From positions 108,254,001 through 108,318,000 of the forward strand of contig NW_024704742.1 of assembly GCF_018977255.1 (NCBI RefSeq): a stretch of 64,000 nt of DNA, read 5' to 3'. Made by a program: the position numbers and the translations under genes. The notes under the pieces were generated by a model. It worked only from the letters and a program-made list of their open reading frames with translations, was not told the DNA's origin and made no database searches. The DNA is from Callorhinchus milii. Its lineage: Eukaryota. This document shows positions 55,336 to 64,000 of this stretch, one piece after another; the stretch's first letter is position 1, and every line of letters starts with the position of its first letter.

Positions 55336-56665
55336 ATTTTTTAACTCTTTTGATAGATATGTAATTAGGGAAGAGACTTCAAGAATTACCAAATAACATC
55401 CACTTTTGAAGTTATGGTTGAAAGCATTTTCATGTCCATGAGCATTTTCATGTCCATCATAAAAATTAGTTCAAAATTTTTCAGGAACCACTCAAATTGG
55501 AAAATTAAATTAATTTTACAATGGCTGCTCTAGTTAGGGGGAATGAGTCAATTAATCCACATTTTTTTTAACGGTGTTCAAAGGTTTGTATAATACCACC
55601 CTTGGGCATCATAAAAAAATTGAAGAAATCAATCCTTATCAAACTTGTTATTAAGACTGAAGCAAAGGCATTCCACTGAATCACAATGTTGAACTAAAAG
55701 TCATTCATTACTTAACATCAGAAATGGATGAAGTTATTTGTCTTGTATTTGTATGCCAACCATGTTTTCCATACATACATATTCTAAGGAAATAGAAACT
55801 AAATACAATGGTGAGAAGTTGTACTATTAATGTGCCTTGGGACGAAAGGCGCTCTATAAATGCAATCTTGTTGTTGTTGTAGTACTTTCATCTTGAAAAT
55901 TGTCTACAAAGTTGTTGCTTTTCAAAATACTACAAGTTGAGCTGAGTTATTCAAGATGATATATCCCTATTGTTTTCATTAACCAAATTTCAACTCAAGG
56001 TAGTATTGTCCTGCTCCCAAAATTACATTAATATGCCTACTAAATACATGTACTACACTTTACAGTAAACCCTATGAAGAGCTTTGAGATACCTTCCTAA
56101 TGTGAAAAATGTTATATCAAATCAAGGATTATTATTAATAAAGTTAATGGATTCATTATCAGTTCAAAGCATGGGTTTAAAGGGTTCAAACTAGAAAGGC
56201 AAACCTGGAAATAGCTAAAACAAATTTGATTTATAATTTTGTTACTGCCTTTTAACAATATTCATCCCTCCATCTATTCTAAAAAGGGCTAAACACTTGT
56301 TTCTCATGACTTCTGTTTTGAAGATATTTAACTATTCATGGCAGGCATTAATGCGAGTATTGAATTGCTTTGTATGATTACACCATGAACTCTGGCGATT
56401 CATCCTTCGGTCTTGATTCTGGCATCGATAGGAACTTCAATGCAATGGATTTTCTTCATTGGGCACCTAACTGTAAAAGCACATAATTTGTTTTTGTTTT
56501 ACAATGCTATGCTTAGGAACACAGGAATGTGCAACAACAACAATAAAATTACATTTATAGATTGCCTTTCACATCGGGTGGACGTCCCAAAGCACTGAAA
56601 ATTAAATTAATTAAAATAATCCTTGAATTAAAATAATCCAGAATTAAAATAATCCTTGCATTTGA

Positions 56666-59092
56666 ACGACTCCTCAGCCTCGGCGATTTCAACCTTCACT
56701 TCACCCCTCCTGCTCTACCTCTGCTGACCTTTCCTCCCTTATCTCCTCCCTCATTCTCTCCCTCCACATCCACTCCGCTACCCACGTCCGCGGTCACCCC
56801 CTCGAGCTGGTGATCACTCGGGGCCTCACCGTCTCAGACCTCACCATCATCAACAAAGTGATCTCAGACCACCACTTCATCTCCCTTAACTCCTCAATCC
56901 CTCTCCCCACCGCCACCCAAACCAACTCCATCTCAGACCCCCCCGGAAAAAAATCTCCCACCCTCCCACTCGGTTGCCTTGGAGTCATCTGAACTCCTTC
57001 CCCTCTGGGCGTCCTCCCGCAATGACCTATCCTCCTCAGTCACCCTTCTCCAAGGCTCCCTCTCCTCCACTCTTGATTCCCTCGCTCCCCTCTCTCAAAC
57101 CGTCTCCTATTCACGCAAATCACTCTGGTACACCAGTCACCTCCGCTCCCTTAAAGCCCAGGTGCATTCCACTGAGCACACCTGGCTCAAATCAAACCTA
57201 ACTGTGCACCGGCAGATTTAGTGGACCAAATCCTACCTCGCTTCCGCTAAATCGTTGTTCTACTACAAGACAATCTTGGAGGCTAAGGACAACCCTAGGC
57301 TCCTCTTCTCCATCACGAACCAACTCCTCCGCCCACCCTCTCACTCTTCACCCATCCTCACCTCTAATGCCAACTACGAGGCGATGTTGGACTTCCTCGA
57401 ATCCAAAATCGAGGGATTCCGCTCAGCTGCCTCTGCCACTGCAACTGCTACCTCTGCCCCATCTCCTCCTCTCACCCCAGCCCCTACCCACCCCTCTCTC
57501 CACCCCTTTGAACCAGTCTCCCCCTCCTCTCTCATCACCACCATAACCCGTATGAAACCTACCACCTGCTCCCTGGATCCCATCCCTACCCCCCTCCTTA
57601 CCTCCCAGCTCCACCTCCTTGTCCCTCTAATCACTGACGTTGTTAACCTCTCCCTGTTCTCTGGTACTGTTCCGACCCCTTTAAAAAACACTGTCATCAT
57701 TCCTATCCTTAAAAAACCCTCCCTGGACCTTTCTCTATTCTCTAACTAACGCCCCATCTCCAACCTCCCCTTCCTCTCCAAGGTCCTGGAGCTAGTTGCT
57801 ATTTCTCAGCTTCACTCCTTCCTCTCCCGCCACTCCCCTCTCGAACCCCTCCACTCGGGCTTCTGTGCCGCCCACAGCACAGAAACCGCTCTGGTCAAAG
57901 TAACAAATGGCATTCTGTCCATCTGCGACCAGGGCTCCCTCTGCCTCCTCGTCCTCTTTGACCTCTTTGCTGCTTTCGACACCATCGACCACTCTATCCT
58001 CATCCACCGCCTCTCCTCTCACCTCAACGGAACTGTCCTTGATTGGTTCAGATCGTACCTCTCACACCGCCTGCACTTCATCTCCTCAAAGTCCCCGAAC
58101 TGTCTTGTGCGGCGTTCCTCAGGGCTCTGTCTTTGGTCCCCTCCTCTTCAACATCTATATGCTCCCTCTTGGTGATATCATCCGCAGACATGGGGTCAAC
58201 TTCCACATGTATCTGGATGACACCCAACTCTGCCTTTCTGCCTCCACCCTTGACTCCAGAACCACTGCTGTCCTGACAGAATGTTGTGAGCCTCCTCACC
58301 TCAGGCGCTGACAGTATCAACATCCATGGTTGCACACTCAACCTTGCTAAGCCAGTCCAGAAGCTTGAGGTCTTGTTCGACCCTCAACTATCCTTTCTAC
58401 CCCACATTCGCGCTATGATCCGTTCTGCCTTCCCCCACCTCCGCAATGTCGCCCGGCTCCGACATTGTCTCACACCGCAGGCCGCCGATACCCTCATACA
58501 CGCTTTCATTATTTCGAGCTCGACTACGCGAACTCACTGCTTGTCGGCCTCCCAACTCCTCCCTCCACAGGCTGCAAATCATCCAGAACTCTGCAGCCCC
58601 TGTCCTCTCCCGCACTAGACTCCGTGACCCTATCACCCCCATCCTTGTCCAACTTCACTGGCTTCCCATCACACAGGAGATACAGTTCAAGATCCTGGTC
58701 TTCACCTTCAAAGCCCTCTATGGTCTTGCTCTCCCCTATCTCTCCGACCTACTAACCCACTATGATCCTGTTCGCTCCCTCCGCTCAGCAGGCTCCGGCC
58801 TGCTTCACAGCCCCCGCCTTGCTCGCCCCACTATCGGCAGGCAGACCTTCCGCCACTCTGCACCCACATTCTGGAACTCCATCCCGTGGTCCCTCCGTCT
58901 CCCCCCTCCCTCACCGCCTTCAAGACCCACCTCAAGAACCTCCTCTTCAATTGTGCTTTCCCCCCTGCCCTCCCCCACCCCGACCCTCAGCTCGGGTCCG
59001 AAACTCTATCTGTCCAGCACCTTGAGACGTCCTCCCAACGTGAAAGGCGCTATATAAATGTAATTTTGTTGTTGTTGTTTTTGTTGTTGTTG
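56666..59092 (+). mobile_element. Longest L2 LINE copy (~2.4 kb): end of the endonuclease region, RT and 3' tail; inactivated
   Basis: [72 protein letters not shown]; stops, frameshifts and a deletion near 58290; (TTG)n tail. Confidence 0.96.
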
Positions 59093-59365
59093 ATACAGTG
59101 CCTTTCACATCAGGAGGTTATCTCAAAGTGATTTAAAATACAGTGACTGTATTTCTGGACAAAAGTGTTAGGATTCAGTTTATCTTTACAACCTTCAATG
59201 ACATCTCCATTCATGCTCTTCTTCAGCATGAACATCATCATGCTTAATAGCTTATTAACTTATTTCACTGAAAAACAAGTTACCTTTACTGAACCATCAT
59301 TTTATGAAAGAAAATTTAAGTTCAAAACCAAATTCCTAGGAAGAGGATTTGATTTTGCCTGGAAA

Positions 59366-60897
59366 TTAATTAATGACAGTCAACACAGATTTGTTAAAAG
59401 CAAATCATATCTGACAAACTTAATTGAGTTATTTGATGATATAACGGAGAGGACTGATGAAGGTAGTGCAGTTGATGTAGTGTACATGGACTTTCAAAAG
59501 CCATTTGATAAGGTGCTACATAATAGACTAGTTAGCAAAATTGAAGCCCATGGGATAAAAGGAACAGTGGCAGCATGGATATGAAATTGGCAGGGAGACA
59601 GAAAGTAGAGGGTAGTGATGAATGGTTGTTTTCCAGACTGGAGGGCATTATACAGTGGTGACCCTCAGGGGTCGGTATTAGATCCACCTCTCTTTTTGAT
59701 ATATACATAAATGACTTGGACTTGGGTATAGAAAACAAAATTTTAAAGTTTGCAGATGACACAAAACTTGGGAGCATGGTAAACAGTAAGGAGGATGGTA
59801 GCAGACTGCAGGAGCACATAGGCAGACTGGCGAAATGGGCATGGCAGATGAAGTTTAATGCAGAGAAGTGGTGAGGTAATGCATTTTGGGAGGAAGAATG
59901 AGGAGAGACAATATATAATAAATGGTACAGTTTTAAAGGGGGTTCAGGAGCAGCTGGGACTGTTCTCCTTAGAGCAGAGAAGGTCAGCCACTCTGCCCCA
60001 ATCTCTGGAATTCCATCGCCCAGTCACTCCGCCTCACCCCCTCCTTAGCCTCCTTCAAGTCCCGCCTCAAGAACCTTCTCTTCGACCATCCCATCGGCCA
60101 CACCCCTTGCCCTCCACTCCCTTACCCCTCAACCCGGGTCTGAAATGCTGTACTCTGTCCAGTGCCTTGGGACATCCTCCCAACGTGAAAGGCGCTATAC
60201 AACTATAATCTTGTTGTTGTTGTTGTTGTTAAGGGGAGATTTAATAGAGGCGTTCAAAAGGATGAAGGGTTTTGATAGAGTAGATAGGGAAAAACTGTTT
60301 CCATTGGAGTCCTGAGGCTCAGTAGTTAGAGCACTCGCTTTGCAAGCGAGAGACCTGAGTTCAGTTCCAGGCAGAACGAAACCTTGGGCAAGTTTCCTTG
60401 CTCCACACGCCTGATAATAATCCCTCCAAAACAAAAACAATAATAAATTGGTCATTTTCAATCTACGACTGTTTGTGGGACACTGCTGTGCGCAATTGGC
60501 TGCTGCGTTCGCCCACAAATATACAGTCAATTCACTTTACAGTATATTCTGGGAAGCGCTTTGAGACATCTAGAAGACGTGAAAAGTGCTATATCAAATG
60601 CAAGGATAATTATTATTATATTTAAGATAATTGGCAAAAGGGGAGATGAGGGGAATTTTTTTTTACACAGAGAATTGTTACAGTCTGGAATTCACTGCCT
60701 GAAAGGGTGGCGGAAACAGATACAATAACAACTTTCAAAAGGGAATTGGATAGGTACTGAAAAGGAATAATTTTCAGTGGTATGGGGAAAGAGCGGGGGA
60801 GTGGGACTAATTGAGTAACTCTTCCAAAGAGCCGGCACAGGCACGATGGGTTGAATGACCTCCTTCTGAGCTGTAATATTCTATGATCCTATGATGC
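59366..60897 (+). mobile_element. CR1 LINE interrupted by an L2 3' end (~59985-60230) and a short-variant SINE (60306-60620)
   Basis: SQHRFVKSKS.LTNLIE.FD, VDVVYMDFQK and KFADDTKLG motifs; CR1 UTR ends ttctatgatcctatgat. Confidence 0.93.
60306..60620 (+). mobile_element. tRNA-Ala-headed SINE, short variant
   Basis: Anticodon arm ctcgc-tttgcaa-gcgag; full tail. Confidence 0.93.
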
Positions 60898-61472
60898 TAT
60901 AAGATATATGATTCTTTTATATAGAAAAATAAAGTATTTCTCAAGACAAAGAAAATCAATGTTTCAATTCACATAAACTTAGCGCTAACATTGTTCATAG
61001 GTAGAGCAAGTTGAATCAGAGGACATAGGCATAAATTCTAAAGGTCTTCCATGGGTTAAGACCGAGACTTAAAACTGGTTTGCCCCTACTGCCCATTCTG
61101 TTGGTTATTCAGCATCAACCGCAGCTAAAGACATAATGGGGGAGGGGGTGTAGCACTCCATTATTCAAAAAAAAGACAACCTTAATCAAAAACAAGGATG
61201 CTGTGTGACTGAATTAAACCAGTCTGTCTTTTGCCTTTCATTTGTGAAATAGATAGGTCAGCAGTTCTAATGGGAGGTGGTAGCTTTTTAAAATAATGCC
61301 GTCTTTTAAGCTACTAATTGTAACACGTGATTATACTTGATGTATATTATTTATATTTGTATTCAGTGTGTGTAATCTGGTTCCTACAAACCACCACCAT
61401 TACTACTGGCACTTACAATCCTTATTAAATAATGGGATCACAAAAAATATTGCTGATCAGAAAAGAGGTCAC

Positions 61473-61615
61473 CTCAACACAGCTGTTCTTCTGGTTTTAT
61501 TTTCTCAGACACACTATTTGTTTCTTGAAGTGGAGCAAAAATAGTTATTTTAGATAAATCTACATTCAGGTCGATGGTCTGGCTCCTCAGAAGTTCAGAT
61601 TCTAGATCTATTTCT
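61473..61615 (-). CDS. Exon B (EEIDLESELLRSQTIDLNVDLSKITIFAPLQETNSVSEKIKPEEQLC*); 3' boundary uncertain
   Basis: tttcag acceptor 179 nt after the exon A donor, in phase with it. The frame hits TGA at 61476-61474, just before GAG|gtgacc. A weaker phase-0 donor AAT|gtagat would end the exon at 61564. Confidence 0.55.
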
Positions 61616-61794
61616 CTGAAATATTATCAACATATTTTTCTTCATTAAAGCTTAATAATAATAATCCTTTGATTCCAAATGGAAAAATGATTCTCTGTGT
61701 GGTGAATAAATAGCTGAACACATATTGCTTATCCTCAAATATCTTTAGTATTTATGATGCACAGTTAAAATTAAGGGATCGTATCAGCTCTTAC

Positions 61795-61915
61795 TCCACT
61801 TTGAGACTGGAAAGCTGCTTGGCAAGTTCCAACACTTCCAGCAGATGTATGAGGTTCTTAATTCTTTCTACTTGGCCCTCCATCACCACTTTGTCTCCTT
61901 TAGTGGTTTCTCCCC
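61795..61915 (-). CDS. Exon A of unnamed minus-strand gene (GETTKGDKVVMEGQVERIKNLIHLLEVLELAKQLSSLKV); may contain the start codon (ATG at 61883-61881)
   Basis: cag acceptor after a T-rich tract, GA|gtaaga donor, open frame, amphipathic-looking peptide. ATG context is gtgATGG. The phase-2 end joins exon B in frame. Confidence 0.75.
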
Positions 61916-63399
61916 CTGCACACTCACACATATGCCAAAAAGGAGAAATAAAAAAAACAATAATGGGACATTATATTTTATGAAAAAATGCTCTGAACTC
62001 ATTTAGATTTCTACTACACATCTCTTATTAGAGAACAGAACCCCATTTCTGAATGTTAAAAAGTTAGATTCATTTTAGGTTCTTCATCAAGTAAATCCAG
62101 AAATCTAGTACAGTATGTGGTAATGGCAAAGTAAACAGAGGATGTTTTTCAGGTAAAAATAAAAAAAACTCCTTAGCTCATACTTTATTTTATCAGTTTT
62201 TGCACAATACCTTTTGAAATATGGTCATCCTTTGTGTTGCTTGTCTACAGTAAGAGACAAGCAACAGAATAAATATTAACTTTAATAAAATATGATATTT
62301 TGAATGTGTTATGGGCCACTGAATGAAGAGACTAAATTTAGATCAGGGATTTTTTTTACAAAAATCTTCCCTCTTCCCACAGAATCACCCAGTGAGCACT
62401 TGGTCAATAAAGACTCGAACTTTGCAGATTTTAACTCCAGTTAATGCTAAATTGATTTCAGTTGGATTGCTGTTTGGGCAACCTTGGGTAAGAGGGAAAA
62501 AAAGTATCAACCATGGTTCATGCTCTTGATCTACATCCAGAGACCCCTAGAGGAAGTTGTGTGGATACAGGCATGCAAGAAAACAGGATGGAACTATGGT
62601 AACCTGCTGACCATGAAATAATGAATTTCACTAAAATGTATATTACTGGAACCAGTTATTTTGCAATCATGACTTAGCAGTTTTCTATGCAATTTTGATA
62701 TCTTTAAATGGGCAAAAATACTTGTGTGAAAACAAATGCTTTATGTTTCAAATCTCTTTAGTGTTCAACTCCACAGGATTGGATCTAATAAGGCAAATCA
62801 TAATCACACTGCAGTGCAACAAAATTAAAATGCCACCTCTGTAAAACATGTTAGATGACAATCCATCAGAAATGATCAGGTGATTAAGTGCATACTCCAA
62901 AATAAGCGACAGAGATCCAGCAAAATTTGCAGAAGCAACATAACTGAGCCTTCAATAAAGATGTCTCACAATCAGCAGAGCAGGGTTTCATTTTCCATCC
63001 TCCTGGATAAACAGTACCTCTTAAGTTCACAAAGTTCTTACTTGCCGACACTAAAACATCTCAGTTATGCTGCACACCTGTACAAACCACACATTTACAC
63101 TTATCCCTTTGTAATTCAGCTGAATCACAGTAAATGGATAACTGCAATGTTTTGCCAAGGCGTGTCACTGCATGCTAGGATCAGGAATAGGATTACACTT
63201 GGATCAATATATAATAAAAGAATAAGTCCAGATACATCTGCTATAGATCATGAAACACTGCTGAATGTTTGACACTGGCAAAATGCTAAAATAACAATAA
63301 AAATATACCTTTAAAAGAAAGATTTGGAAAAGATGTCTAAGATGGAAATGAATAAGAATGTTTTAGAGTGGTGGAGCATGTTTGTAGTTTAACTCATTG

Positions 63400-64000
63400 A
63401 GCTATCCTCCTTTGGGTGGGGGCGCGGGAGGCTAAGCAGGGTCTCCTTGGAGCTGAATTGGCACCAAGGTGACATGCCTGGGAATGGAATATCGGAATTG
63501 AGCCAGCCCTCGTGGCAGTCTCATTAGTCCGATTCTTGAGCCAGGCGGGTCCACAGTACTTCAGGGCACTGCTGAAGACAGCACAACCAGCTTGGCACGT
63601 TGGCAGGACTTGAAAGGGCAGACCAGGCACTGGAGGGCAGGGAATCATCCCACTCAGTTCCTGCTAACCCCACAAGCCATAGCCTTAATGGGTAGAATTG
63701 TCCTGTGAGAAAGCTTGCCAGACAGTGATATCAATGGCAAGCTATGCGGTTTTAGCCCGGTTAGACTCCAGCAATACGCAACCACAGTCTGGGGTCCCCA
63801 AGCCTTGGCTCTTGACAACCTGCACCTAATACTTTCCAGAATTAGGAAAGCAACGTCCCTCCAGGGAGAGAGTGCACATTCCATTCTAACAATATATCTC
63901 TAGGATTTCCATGTGTAGGTGGAATGCATAGAATTCTCAGCTTGGTTTGGATACCAAATGTCAAGGCCATCACACATGACCTTGACAATTCCAACCTGTC
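63400..64000 (+). repeat. Unclassified structured repeat, copy 3 (longest; may run off the window)
   Basis: GC-richer than its flanks, several hairpins, homologous to 4240-4557 and 55015-55335. Confidence 0.8.

Noticed and set aside
12191..55458. Short tandem duplications (12191-12236, 23098-23138, 45340-45403, 51207-51230, 55423-55457) as a CRISPR-like or functional array
   Set aside because: Isolated two-copy duplications with no repeat-spacer organisation; typical intronic slippage.
56382..56470. Candidate exon between B and C
   Set aside because: Stops in all three minus-strand frames before a usable donor.
56666..59092. Active reverse transcriptase gene
   Set aside because: 5'-truncated, with stops, frameshifts and an internal deletion.
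59165..59360. Candidate exons between B and C
   Set aside because: The AG...GT segments tested contain stops in the needed phases or lack credible donors.
63856..63875. Resemblance of ccctccagggagag to the HCV IRES
   Set aside because: Only a short word matches; the downstream domain III motifs are not seen.

Overview
AT-rich vertebrate genomic DNA. The repeat content (CR1 and L2 LINEs, Deu-domain SINEs, a tRNA-Ala-headed SINE with an L2-like tail) points to a cartilaginous fish, possibly a chimaera; that assignment is inference. The window is spanned by one multi-exon protein-coding gene on the minus strand that the ORF track mostly misses. Seven exons (53597 down to 11225) splice GT-AG with matching phases into a stop-free 278-codon frame with coiled-coil character. 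Two further upstream exons lie at 61.5-61.9 kb, and the second has an in-frame TGA one base before its best donor. I cannot name the gene. The introns are full of decayed and nested retroposons. The least-explained items are a hairpin-rich repeat family present three times, a ~230-nt rod-like fold-back at 12.84-13.07 kb, and a decayed three-unit repeat at 32.5-33.1 kb. There are no prokaryotic features. Repeat boundaries were read by eye and are approximate.
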